Positions 51,344 to 59,946 of a DNA stretch of 64,000 nt are shown in pieces (the first letter of the stretch is position 1; every line of letters starts with the position of its first letter). The stretch lies in the IMG/VR virus record IMGVR_UViG_3300027896_000013; one strand, written 5' to 3'. The position numbers and the translations under genes were made by a program. Under the pieces are notes generated by a model. It ran no database searches. It worked only from the letters and a program-made list of their open reading frames with translations, and was not told the origin of the DNA. The stretch is from a virus.

Positions 51344-51775
51344 TTACTGTTTAATAAAAATGTAATGAACATCATGATCATTCTTCATTATGAAGATCGT
51401 GTGGTCATCACTAGCTACCGTATATTCTCTATCCATATCATCTGCAGTTAACTTCTCTTCACCTTCGTGTTCAAGTAATGCATTTATACAACACTCCGGA
51501 CACCACTCGCCTGCAGTGATCTCTGCACTGTCTTCGATCTTATCACCTACAACGTGTACAGCGTAAACCTCTACTTCACCTTCACTACCTCCATGTGATT
51601 CATCATGTTCACCGGGTGTTGGTGCTTCGTCAGAACGTTTGCGATACTCAGGTCCCATACCCTCTTCATCAGTAGACTCCTGAACCTTCAAATATTGTGA
51701 ATAGATGTTCCTATCTGTTGTGTGAGTCTTATTGACAACATTAGTCGCAGTTTTACGTTTTTCTCTTCTTAGCAT
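51344..51775 (-). CDS. Hypothetical acidic late protein
   Basis: TATAAATA at 51781-51788; DRNIYSQYLKVQE motif; CPEC. Confidence 0.7.
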   Translation of the reverse strand: MLRREKRKTATNVVNKTHTTDRNIYSQYLKVQESTDEEGMGPEYRKRSDEAPTPGEHDESHGGSEGEVEVYAVHVVGDKIEDSAEITAGEWCPECCINALLEHEGEEKLTADDMDREYTVASDDHTIFIMKNDHDVHYIFIKQ

Positions 51776-51783
51776 ACAATTAT

Positions 51784-52398
51784 TTATACTCCTGATTCTG
51801 TACTCTTCTCTTGTTTTAATGGTTTATGTTGACGGCGAGCTGAAAAGCGGTCTTTGAGATCCTTATAAACACCCTGATACCTCGCCATAGATCTTGCAAC
51901 TAAATTCTTATCACCAATGTCAACATTGAGTGGTATTATTATTTGCACGCTCTCTGCATCATATATAGGTCCTCGTTTAATCAGACAACCATATACACTA
52001 ATATAATCTGCTATATTCCACTCCATGTCTTTTCTTTCATGACCTTGCAGTTTAAGAGACTCACATACATAGTGAGCAATCACATCCTTCGCTCTCTCAT
52101 CAAATATCTTTGCGACATCTGAATAAGACACTAGTGTATCCATATCCTTTTGCGCTAACAATCTAGTCCGTTCAATAAACTCATCAAAGCTTATTGTATC
52201 AGCTATATGGATACTATTAATATCTACAGTATCTACACTAACATCTATCCTACAAACCTTAGTATCACCTGCTATTTCATGAGTCTTTTTTATAATATCA
52301 GGTAACCTGCTCGTCATCACTATACAAGGCTTGTAATCACCACCGGTCGTAGCATTCTCAACTAACGTATCAAATCTGTATAGTCTATTTCTTTTCAT
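51784..52398 (-). CDS. Paralogue array member 8
   Basis: YRFDTLVE; VYGCLI...IIIPLNVD; LKDRFSARRQHK. Confidence 0.8.
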   Translation of the reverse strand: MKRNRLYRFDTLVENATTGGDYKPCIVMTSRLPDIIKKTHEIAGDTKVCRIDVSVDTVDINSIHIADTISFDEFIERTRLLAQKDMDTLVSYSDVAKIFDERAKDVIAHYVCESLKLQGHERKDMEWNIADYISVYGCLIKRGPIYDAESVQIIIPLNVDIGDKNLVARSMARYQGVYKDLKDRFSARRQHKPLKQEKSTESGV

Positions 52399-52900
52399 GT
52401 CTCCTTTTCGCGAATCTATCTTTAAGCTTTGTTAGATCCATATTGGGCAGCTGTACAATAAATTGTGCTACTTCTTTTTTTTGTGTACTATCAACTTCCA
52501 GTGGTATTAAGAAGCTTAGAGAATATTCACCGGACTTTTCAATAAAACCATACAGCTCATGAGACATTACTCTCATATATAAATTACGTCTATCCATATC
52601 ACTTGTCAGATGAGCATTTGACAGTATTTCATTGTATACGGCACGTTCAATTGCTTCATACTCTACATCTATGTTAGACTCTTCTTTACTCTCACCAGCT
52701 AACATTTCTTCACAGGCGTCTATATAGGTATCTATCGCATCAACCTTACTAGCATTGTCTTCAGTAAGATGTGGGTAATATACCTGACGGGTGAAGCCGT
52801 AATCTAATCGAGTATCTAGATTATCATCATCCCAGACGAGAGCAAATTTTATCTTGAGAAATTTATGAGGTCCGGGGTTAAATGTTTTAAAACTTTTCAT
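52385..52900 (-). CDS. Paralogue array member 7
   Basis: Likely start ATG 52900, MKSFKTF; LYGFIE...FLIPLEVD; LKDRFAKRRHEKK. Confidence 0.8.
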   Translation of the reverse strand: MKSFKTFNPGPHKFLKIKFALVWDDDNLDTRLDYGFTRQVYYPHLTEDNASKVDAIDTYIDACEEMLAGESKEESNIDVEYEAIERAVYNEILSNAHLTSDMDRRNLYMRVMSHELYGFIEKSGEYSLSFLIPLEVDSTQKKEVAQFIVQLPNMDLTKLKDRFAKRRHEKK

Positions 52901-53229
52901 GATTTCCACTCCCGTCTCTTTTTAAACCTATCTAAATATTTCTGCATAGCAGGGTCAGGTTTAGCTTGATTTGGCTGCTTTATAGCGTCATATCTACCAT
53001 ATACAAAATGACCTTCTGTAGCCCACGCTAAATCAAAGTTATAATCATGTAGAAATGCTGGTGGTCGAATTATATCACCACCGACATAAACCATACCGTT
53101 CGCATTAGCTCTATCAATTACCTTTATACGCATTAAAGCTACGCGACCTTCATTACCATCTAGATCATCTGACGGGTGCCGATGTAATTCAATCTCTACT
53201 TCATCATTTATTTTATGCGTTATTTCCAT
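52897..53229 (-). CDS. Paralogue array member 6 (short form)
   Basis: Lacks the N-terminal motif and F.IP core; keeps VYG and YLDRFKKRREWKS. Confidence 0.75.
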   Translation of the reverse strand: MEITHKINDEVEIELHRHPSDDLDGNEGRVALMRIKVIDRANANGMVYVGGDIIRPPAFLHDYNFDLAWATEGHFVYGRYDAIKQPNQAKPDPAMQKYLDRFKKRREWKS

Positions 53230-53765
53230 TGCCTTCGCTCCTTAAATTTATCGACTTTAGATTGGAACTCAGCAGCTGATTTGTCAAGGGTAGAGTCTAA
53301 TGCAAAAGCTACTGAATGTCTGCTATTAGGGTGCACTGTCATAGGTACTACAAACTCCATCCAACCATTCTCTTTTATAGGTAACATAAAACCATAGAAG
53401 TTGCCAAACTCCATATTGTTTATTATGTTACCATACTCAGCTGTATTTTCCTCAACATGAAGATTACGTGCTATCTCTCTACCTATAGAGACGAAAAAAT
53501 TTTTATATCTCTTATGAAACTGATTACCACCGATCCAGGCATCGACATGAGCTACCTTAGCAATATGCTGCCTGACATTATGTATAAATTGTGAGTTATC
53601 TACAATCTGACGCTCGTTAACCGGTGGGAGAGGATGAGTTACACCTGCTACTTCAAAACCATCATCGAAATCTTCAAAAGATTTAGCACCCGGAGGTATC
53701 TTATAGCGTATAGTAAAATAAGTATACGCCATACTACCCTCTAAAAAAATCTTAAACGATTCCAT
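53220..53765 (-). CDS. Paralogue array member 5
   Basis: Own TAAATA (53771-53776); MESFKIFLE; FYGFML...FVVPMTV; VDKFKERRQWK. Confidence 0.8.
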   Translation of the reverse strand: MESFKIFLEGSMAYTYFTIRYKIPPGAKSFEDFDDGFEVAGVTHPLPPVNERQIVDNSQFIHNVRQHIAKVAHVDAWIGGNQFHKRYKNFFVSIGREIARNLHVEENTAEYGNIINNMEFGNFYGFMLPIKENGWMEFVVPMTVHPNSRHSVAFALDSTLDKSAAEFQSKVDKFKERRQWK

Positions 53766-53776
53766 ATTGTTATTTA

Positions 53777-54340
53777 TTACTTCTTCCAGACACGTGGTTT
53801 ACTATACTTGTTATATAGGGGATTAGTATTCTTGCGTACATTTACATCAACTAGCTGCTTCATTACTGATTCTTCTGTACAATTGATACCTAGAGGTATT
53901 AGGAAGTCTATTGAATATACAAAACTACTAGCTTCTTCAGTCTCTTGTTGAAATCCCCATACATCCATATTGTTAAGCTTGTGAGCTAGCATAGGGTCAG
54001 TGAAATTATTAGTACCGTATGCATATACATTAGACTTGATGTCTGGTAATACACCAGCATTATCAAATGCCGACTCTACTTCTTCTATATACTCGTTCTT
54101 ACCTAGTCTCTCATTTATTGAACTATCGATAAAGCGTCCGCAGTTACCAAAGTAATCTATCATATGAGTAATCACGCTAAACTGTGAAAAGTGTTTAAGG
54201 ATGAAAGCACTACTCTGCGTCTGAAACGCAAAGCCAACACTCCAGGGGAACCTAGCATCAATACCACACTCGACAATCGCCCAGCGTTCAACATCGTGTA
54301 TAGTATCTACCGACTCAGTATATTGTTTAAAACTTTTCAT
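53777..54340 (-). CDS. Paralogue array member 4
   Basis: MKSFKQYTE (ATG 54340 or 54349); VWGFQ...FLIPLGIN; YNKYSKPRVWKK. Confidence 0.8.
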   Translation of the reverse strand: MKSFKQYTESVDTIHDVERWAIVECGIDARFPWSVGFAFQTQSSAFILKHFSQFSVITHMIDYFGNCGRFIDSSINERLGKNEYIEEVESAFDNAGVLPDIKSNVYAYGTNNFTDPMLAHKLNNMDVWGFQQETEEASSFVYSIDFLIPLGINCTEESVMKQLVDVNVRKNTNPLYNKYSKPRVWKK

Positions 54341-54906
54341 TTTTTCCATTGTCGCGGTTGTTTATATTTGTCGAATTGCTTAACAAACTGTTTAGCAGGT
54401 CCATCTGATTGGGTACCATGCATCTTCATGTTTTTTAAGACATATATAGTACTATCAAAACTAGTAAAATCCTCTGAGGCGGGTATCAGAAATGAGATGT
54501 AATATCCACCCTCAATACGTCTGAGCTCAGGTTGTATAAAGCCGTAGATAGTACCATTCAATACCCTCATCTGGCGCATCCTGTTCCAATCCTCAAAATC
54601 ATACTCCTCAGCTATCTTGTTAATCTCAGGAGCTATATGCTGTTCATCGTATATATGATTTCTAACCGAGAAGCCATCACTATATCTACCAGTGTAACAC
54701 GTCCGCACTACATGATCACATTTAGATAAAAACCCACCTATACCATTAACCCTCTCAAACTCCCGCTGATGCTCTCGAAGCTCTTTTGTCATACGAATCT
54801 CGAAATATGGAGCTTTGGCCTGTGTCATTATAAAGTCAAGGTACATCCACAAGGCGCCAGGTTCACGCTTGTAAGTCTCTGCAATAAATGTATCAAAGGG
54901 TTTCAT
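54337..54906 (-). CDS. Paralogue array member 3
   Basis: MKPFDTFIAE (ATG 54906); IYGFIQ...FLIPASED; FDKYKQPRQWKK. Confidence 0.8.
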   Translation of the reverse strand: MKPFDTFIAETYKREPGALWMYLDFIMTQAKAPYFEIRMTKELREHQREFERVNGIGGFLSKCDHVVRTCYTGRYSDGFSVRNHIYDEQHIAPEINKIAEEYDFEDWNRMRQMRVLNGTIYGFIQPELRRIEGGYYISFLIPASEDFTSFDSTIYVLKNMKMHGTQSDGPAKQFVKQFDKYKQPRQWKK

Positions 54907-54908
54907 AT

Positions 54909-55484
54909 CTATTTTTTCCACTGGCGCCGTTTTGAGAAGCGGTCACGTAAAGTATTATTTCTCTTAGATAGGTGATCTATCACTGCCTGTTTACTTACCA
55001 CGTTTACACCTAACGGAATTATAAAGTCAACAAAACGATCTAGATCAGTTTTAGCATACATAGTTGGAATCATCAAACCAAACAATTCTTTATTTTCAAC
55101 TGCCTGATAAAGGTCAGGAATCTCAAAGCCAGCCTCCCTAGCATAATACAATACATTCTGATAGATGTACCTCTCAAAACTATTATGATTAAACGCACGC
55201 ACAATAGCTTCGTCAGGTATACTAGGTGTGTTAAGAATACGGCGCGACCTCCCAAGACACTGTCCGAGATAACACGACACCGGCTGAACCATATCAGGAT
55301 CAAAGTCAACAGGCACCTGGAGACCGTAACCATAGGAATGCTCAATTTGACCAGTCTCTACCGTAGCACCAAAGTACCCTACCCTATCATGACTAGGACT
55401 CCAACTGGAAGGTACATTATATGAGAGGTATATACCTATTGGCACATTAAACGACTCAGTTAAAAATGTTTTAAACGAATTCAT
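54909..55484 (-). CDS. Paralogue array member 2
   Basis: MNSFKTFLTE; LFGLMIP...FIIPLGVN; LRDRFSKRRQWKK. Confidence 0.8.
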   Translation of the reverse strand: MNSFKTFLTESFNVPIGIYLSYNVPSSWSPSHDRVGYFGATVETGQIEHSYGYGLQVPVDFDPDMVQPVSCYLGQCLGRSRRILNTPSIPDEAIVRAFNHNSFERYIYQNVLYYAREAGFEIPDLYQAVENKELFGLMIPTMYAKTDLDRFVDFIIPLGVNVVSKQAVIDHLSKRNNTLRDRFSKRRQWKK

Positions 55485-55486
55485 AT

Positions 55487-56062
55487 CTATGTTTTCTGCC
55501 GGCGCGGTTTGCTAAACCTATCCTTCAAAGCTTGGTATTCTGGCGATATTGTACTGCCAGGTTTAAAGTGTTCTATAACAGCTTGTTCATTTGAGACATC
55601 TACACCAAGCGGTATAACAAATTGTGGGTTTATAGATATACTACCATCAGGTGGTATATACAGTCCCCACAGTTTGTAATCAGCACAGAGTTCACGCAGT
55701 TTAGGGATCTGTATATTACCTCGATATTGATTAAGCTTAGCTTCTGTTTTTTCTGGAAGACCATAAGCATCATACGTATATGCTATATCAGAGAATATTA
55801 TGTCACGGCTTAAATCAGGTCTCCATGCTGCTAACCGCTCTTTACACATCATCAGATAATCTTTTAATGTAATGACATTATCTTCTATAAAATTTCCATC
55901 TACACGAGAGCTACCATCCATGACGGTGAAATCACCTACTGTACCTGATGGTGAACCTGTAAATTTTACATCATCCGTATTAGGAAGTATGTAAGTTATT
56001 AACATGATATTACCCACGTTAAAGGTCTCACAAAATGTTTTAAACCCGCTCAACTTTTCCAT
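55487..56062 (-). CDS. Paralogue array member 1
   Basis: TAAATA (56068-56073); MEKLSGFKTFCE; LWGLYIP...FVIPLGVD; LKDRFSKPRRQKT. Confidence 0.8.
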   Translation of the reverse strand: MEKLSGFKTFCETFNVGNIMLITYILPNTDDVKFTGSPSGTVGDFTVMDGSSRVDGNFIEDNVITLKDYLMMCKERLAAWRPDLSRDIIFSDIAYTYDAYGLPEKTEAKLNQYRGNIQIPKLRELCADYKLWGLYIPPDGSISINPQFVIPLGVDVSNEQAVIEHFKPGSTISPEYQALKDRFSKPRRQKT

Positions 56063-56093
56063 ATTAGTATTTACGAGAACCCCGCCGGAAAAA

Positions 56094-56134
56094 CCATATA
56101 GAAAATTCTATAAAAAAACGCGCAAAAAAAATTT
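56094..56134 (+). repeat. Diverged direct repeat, copy 1
   Basis: CCATATAGAAAATTC...GCGCAAAAAAAATTT, similar to 63865-63903. Confidence 0.55.
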
Positions 56135-56454
56135 GAGTATTTGGACGAGAATTTGGACGAAGAAAGTTGCCATGCACCTTCTGTGGAAAAAAAAGTTCTC
56201 GCTATACCAGTCTTATTTTCGTGGTGGGGGCTAATCCCCGGTCGTGTCTCGCAAAACCACCTGTGTTTCTCAGACACAGTCAGTGTTTCTCATATGACCT
56301 ATTAATATAATTAGCATATGTGTATCGATGGGTTCCTTTAAGGTGTTCTAGATGAACATGTTATAAAAATTTGAGGACGGAAATAGAATGTGTACCTATT
56401 CAAACCTCTTAGCACCTCTCAGACACTCTCAGACACTCTCAGGTAAGAATAAGC

Positions 56455-56483
56455 TTGACAGTTGTCGTCAGAGCCTCTATACT
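56455..56483 (+). promoter_or_regulatory. Near-consensus sigma70 promoter
   Basis: TTGACA-17-TATACT, 6 nt before ATG 56490. Confidence 0.8.
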
Positions 56484-56489
56484 ACTCAC

Positions 56490-56603
56490 ATGAAGACTAA
56501 ACCATATTACATCTTAGTCGGTAACCTGACTGCAGAGCAGAGAGAGGCTGCTCGTACCTTCTATCGCCTCCTCGGCTATCAGGAGTGGCAGCCTAAGAGC
56601 TAG
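56490..56603 (+). CDS. Small hypothetical early protein (37 aa)
   Basis: MKTKPYYILVGNLTAEQREAARTFYRLLGYQEWQPKS, directly after the promoter. Confidence 0.6.
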   Translation: MKTKPYYILVGNLTAEQREAARTFYRLLGYQEWQPKS

Positions 56604-56706
56604 TCGCCAGGGAAGAATATATCAGCTACTTCAAGCATCACTAGTGCCAGTACTATTACTACAAAGGCTGTTAGCATCTATATTATTTATATCTGACCAT
56701 AAGAGT

Positions 56707-56741
56707 AGCCTGACAGCTAGTCCTCTTCTAGCTGTCAGGCT
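56707..56741. terminator. 14-bp perfect hairpin between convergent units
   Basis: AGCCTGACAGCTAG-TCCTCTT-CTAGCTGTCAGGCT. Confidence 0.55.
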
Positions 56742-56759
56742 TGTCCCCAACCCCTTAAC

Positions 56760-56984
56760 CTAAAGCTTCTCGATGACAACACTTGGACGACGGACGCGCT
56801 TGATGGGCGTGCAGCGGCAGATGACAAACTCACTGCTGTCACCGCGGTCGATTTGTCGAGTCGCCTCTTTGATAGCCTCCTCCTCGCTGTAGTGCCGAGT
56901 GTAGTAGCCGTCAGTCAGTACCATGAAGGTCACTTGAGTTTTGTCAGGTTTTGTCTTTGTTGGTTCGTCGTCTGTTTGGTTCAT
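56760..56984 (-). CDS. Hypothetical early protein
   Basis: 74 aa; AC-rich leader and TTGCAT-17-TACAAT promoter upstream. Confidence 0.65.
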   Translation of the reverse strand: MNQTDDEPTKTKPDKTQVTFMVLTDGYYTRHYSEEEAIKEATRQIDRGDSSEFVICRCTPIKRVRRPSVVIEKL

Positions 56985-57369
56985 ATGTTTGTTTAATTGT
57001 TACAAGTACATTGTACTGTCTTCATCAACAACATGCAAGCTAATAGTGCAACAACTTTATCAGATAGGCTTTGTTATTAGCTTGATTTCGTTTTCGGACC
57101 TATGCCGAATCCTCTCGCTGCAGCTTGCTTGGCATGGGTCTGTTCGAGCCTTTCCTATCTCCGCGCACTGCTTCTGCCAACGCATCTAAAGCGTCTGTTG
57201 ACTTGTCCATCCCATGCTGGTGGAGTTGTTCAATTAGGTTCATAACCATTTGATTGTTATTGTGAGATGCTTATCAATGTAGGAACACAACATTAAGATG
57301 CTGTAAACAAAATTAATGAGGCAATATAATGCTACTATAATTAATGAATTTTCGTATAAATTTTTCATA

Positions 57370-57663
57370 TTATTTCATCTTTCCCGTTGCTACGAGTAAT
57401 GCATCGGCTAGTTGGATAGGGGTTGCGTCTATCCAACTACCTTCAAGTTGACACAAAAGTTTTAATTGAATGTCACTATCCTGCCTCTGAATCAGCGGGA
57501 TGATGGCGTCGTAGGAGGTGAGGTAGTCGTTAAATTGACCAACACAACCTTCAATAATTGGAAACTCAAACTCTCCATATCCATCATTCGTCTTTCCTGT
57601 CTTAAACCCATCCAACTCAGCCAACGCTTTAATCTTTTCTTCGGGTGTCATAGAGTTATTCAT
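57370..57663 (-). CDS. Hypothetical phage protein
   Basis: 97 aa, DYLTSYDAIIPLI...ATPIQLADALL. Confidence 0.65.
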   Translation of the reverse strand: MNNSMTPEEKIKALAELDGFKTGKTNDGYGEFEFPIIEGCVGQFNDYLTSYDAIIPLIQRQDSDIQLKLLCQLEGSWIDATPIQLADALLVATGKMK

Positions 57664-57799
57664 AAGTCCTTTGGCAGTTCTAGTTCTTCAAGAGATTTAA
57701 GAAATGATGAAAATGTTCCATCTTCTTTGATTACATCCGGCAACATCTTCGCCAGCAGTTGTTTTAGTTCGATGTCTGTCATCATAAGTCAATTATAAA

Positions 57800-57997
57800 C
57801 TATTCAGCTGCTGATTGCAAATACAATTTCTTGATTGCGTCAAGATTATCGACTACCCATTTCTTTGCGTCAGTAGCAGCTTGAGAGGTTTCAACCCTCA
57901 GGCAAGATACTCGCTTCTGAAGCTGCTTGTTCTCGTCAGCAAGCTTCTCAATCTGCTTCTGCAGCTTGTCGATATATTCCATTGACATGTAACTCAT
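57800..57997 (-). CDS. Small coiled-coil protein
   Basis: 65 aa heptad pattern; ATGA overlap with the upstream gene. Confidence 0.6.
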   Translation of the reverse strand: MSYMSMEYIDKLQKQIEKLADENKQLQKRVSCLRVETSQAATDAKKWVVDNLDAIKKLYLQSAAE

Positions 57998-58197
57998 ACG
58001 CTTATAATAGCTGCTGCCTGCTCATTCGTCAAGCTTTCTTTCGGAATTGTTGACAGGTAAATCCACTGCTGCCTTGCTTCATTCCACCAGAGCAAGTCGA
58101 GCCATTTCAGGTGCATGTTGTGAACCTCCAGATGAGCTCCGTTAGGGGCTGTTCGTCCGGTGAAGGGCCATTTGATGCCAAATGCTTCGATGCTCAT
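57994..58197 (-). CDS. Hypothetical early protein
   Basis: TTGCAC-17-TATAAT (58204-58232) 6 nt before ATG 58197 (MSIEAFGIKW...). Confidence 0.65.
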   Translation of the reverse strand: MSIEAFGIKWPFTGRTAPNGAHLEVHNMHLKWLDLLWWNEARQQWIYLSTIPKESLTNEQAAAIISV

Positions 58198-58237
58198 AAG
58201 GGGATTATAGTGCAACGCGGCGATTAGTGCAACACGA

Positions 58238-58522
58238 TTATGACCGTTTGAAGATTTTGTTCCAATCTTCATCCATAATGCAGTTGATAAACTCATCGTT
58301 ATTTCTGCAAATGCCCCACTCACAATTCCATTGCACAAATTTGTCGATTTGCTTTCTGAACTTGGCGTCCTTCTTATAACGCTTTTTGAAATCCTCAAAG
58401 TCTTCTGGAACAGAAATGCCTCTAATAGGCTCTCCATCCGTATCGAAAGCTAGTTCAGTAGCTCCGTCAATAATGTGTTGGATTACTTCTCTGTTAAGGT
58501 CGACTGTAATTGTAATTTTCAT
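58238..58522 (-). CDS. Hypothetical early protein, paralogue of 59570-59824
   Basis: TTGCAA-17-TATACT (58529-58557); MKITIT...KKRYKKDAKF. Confidence 0.7.
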   Translation of the reverse strand: MKITITVDLNREVIQHIIDGATELAFDTDGEPIRGISVPEDFEDFKKRYKKDAKFRKQIDKFVQWNCEWGICRNNDEFINCIMDEDWNKIFKRS

Positions 58523-58566
58523 ACTCAGAGTATAGCTGATTCCTAGCTAGGTTGCAAGCTAAAAAG

Positions 58567-58773
58567 TTACATGCATTGATAAGTTTCTGATTGCTGCCAA
58601 TGCTTATACCACATATCCTCGTCTTCGTAAACCTCTGACAAGGGTACGCGTTTGTGATTGACCCTGCTGCCAAAGATGCTGCCGAGGTTGACAGAGTCTT
58701 TGTAGCGGGCAGTTACCCGCTGCCAGCCCTCGTTGTAATGTACAATAGAGCCCTTGATGATTGGTCTGTTCAT
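58567..58773 (-). CDS. Hypothetical early protein
   Basis: 68 aa, WQQSETYQCM C-terminus. Confidence 0.65.
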   Translation of the reverse strand: MNRPIIKGSIVHYNEGWQRVTARYKDSVNLGSIFGSRVNHKRVPLSEVYEDEDMWYKHWQQSETYQCM

Positions 58774-58782
58774 AAATTAGAA

Positions 58783-58854
58783 TGGGGGCCGGCGAATGCC
58801 GTGAGGCTCTCGTTATATCGGACTTTTGCGCGCTGCCTCTGTCGCCGACCCCCA
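58783..58854 (-). ncRNA. Candidate structured RNA (long stem ending in CCA)
   Basis: Minus-strand TGGGGGTCGGCGA/TCGCCGGCCCCCA 13-bp stem with a G-U pair; inner GAGGC/GCCTC stem. Confidence 0.4.
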
Positions 58855-58859
58855 AATTG

Positions 58860-59078
58860 TTATGTTAATACTTTTGCTATCTCTTCGCGCATCTTGTTCA
58901 GTTCGGCTTCATCTACGACCCAGAAGTGTTCGCTCTCAGCTTCCTCCTCAGCGGCAGTCTCCAGGTCGCCATGCTCTTCAATCAGCGCATCGCGTTCGTC
59001 GTCATCAAGGTCCTTCCAAGGCTTGATGTAATCGAAGCCGGCTTGGTCGTACGCAAAGATAAAATATTTCTTTTTCAT
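58860..59078 (-). CDS. Small acidic hypothetical protein
   Basis: Likely start ATG 59078 (MKKKYFIFAY...). Confidence 0.65.
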   Translation of the reverse strand: MKKKYFIFAYDQAGFDYIKPWKDLDDDERDALIEEHGDLETAAEEEAESEHFWVVDEAELNKMREEIAKVLT

Positions 59079-59079
59079 G

Positions 59080-59307
59080 TTACAATTTGATAGGCATTGC
59101 GTTCGGAATCTGTTTGCCGTTCTTGAGAGCTTCAATCGCTCTCTGGATGATATCCTTTTGCGACAGGCCCGTACGAATCGCTTCGTTCAACAGAAACTCT
59201 TTGTCAGCCTTATGGATGGGGGTTGAGAATAGCTTGCTGTCCTGTTTGACAGCAGCAACGATAATGGTTGGTGAGGTTTGGGATAGAGCGTCTTTCAGTT
59301 TCTTCAT
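59080..59307 (-). CDS. Putative ribbon-helix-helix DNA-binding protein, paralogue of 61452-61796
   Basis: LFSTPIHKADKEFL...RTGLSQKDIIQRAIEAL. Confidence 0.55.
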   Translation of the reverse strand: MKKLKDALSQTSPTIIVAAVKQDSKLFSTPIHKADKEFLLNEAIRTGLSQKDIIQRAIEALKNGKQIPNAMPIKL

Positions 59308-59345
59308 AGGGGTATAATAGTTGATTTTGTCTGGTCGTGCAATGT

Positions 59346-59531
59346 TTATTCTTCACCGAAAAAATTATCTTGACATTTCTGGCACATGCCAGTGATTGTA
59401 TATTCGCGAGCGGAGAGAGGGTCTTTAAAGTCGCTCAGGTTGACCTGCTCTTTGCAACCGGGGCATTTGTCTTCTTCGACAAGAGCGACTTGCTTCTCGA
59501 AGCCGCCTGCAATCATGATGTCTTTATTCAT
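59346..59531 (-). CDS. Small zinc-finger protein
   Basis: CPGC...CQKC. Confidence 0.65.
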   Translation of the reverse strand: MNKDIMIAGGFEKQVALVEEDKCPGCKEQVNLSDFKDPLSAREYTITGMCQKCQDNFFGEE

Positions 59532-59569
59532 ACGTATAGGTTAGTTGATTCCGAGGAAACTGGCAAGCC

Positions 59570-59824
59570 TTATTTGAATAAATCAGTTATGTACTCGTCT
59601 TTAAAAGCTTCGAGAGACGCGTCAAGAGAATCTGTAAAACACGAATCCATTAAGATGCTATCAAATTCGTGTATAAAGAACCGCTTGAGCCTCGCTTCAA
59701 ACTTCTTGTCTGTCTTCATCCTCTTCTTGACCTGCTTAAAGGTAGGGGTACGTATGCCCCATCTGTCAGCAGTCTCGAGTACTGTTTTGATTGCGCAGTC
59801 CGGAATATTGATTGTAATTTTCAT
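59570..59824 (-). CDS. Hypothetical early protein, paralogue of 58238-58522
   Basis: TTGCAG-17-TATACT (59831-59859); MKITIN...KKRMKTDKKF. Confidence 0.7.
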   Translation of the reverse strand: MKITINIPDCAIKTVLETADRWGIRTPTFKQVKKRMKTDKKFEARLKRFFIHEFDSILMDSCFTDSLDASLEAFKDEYITDLFK

Positions 59825-59946
59825 ACGCTCAGTATAGAGGCATCTAGTTGAGGCTGCAAGCTTAATCTGTCAGAATTTTCCTTCTATTTTGTCGAGGTGA
59901 ATTATTCACTAATGAATAATTCATTATAGCCTCTTTCAGGGGAAAA

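Noticed and set aside
51784-56062. CRISPR array, integron or DGR as an explanation of the repeated array
   Set aside because: Conservation is at amino-acid level with synonymous variation. There are no identical DNA repeats, attC-like palindromes, integrase, reverse transcriptase or TR/VR pair in the window.
56071-56277. 68-76 aa ORFs in the non-coding gap
   Set aside because: Their composition is dictated by A/T tracts, and they lack promoter or start context.
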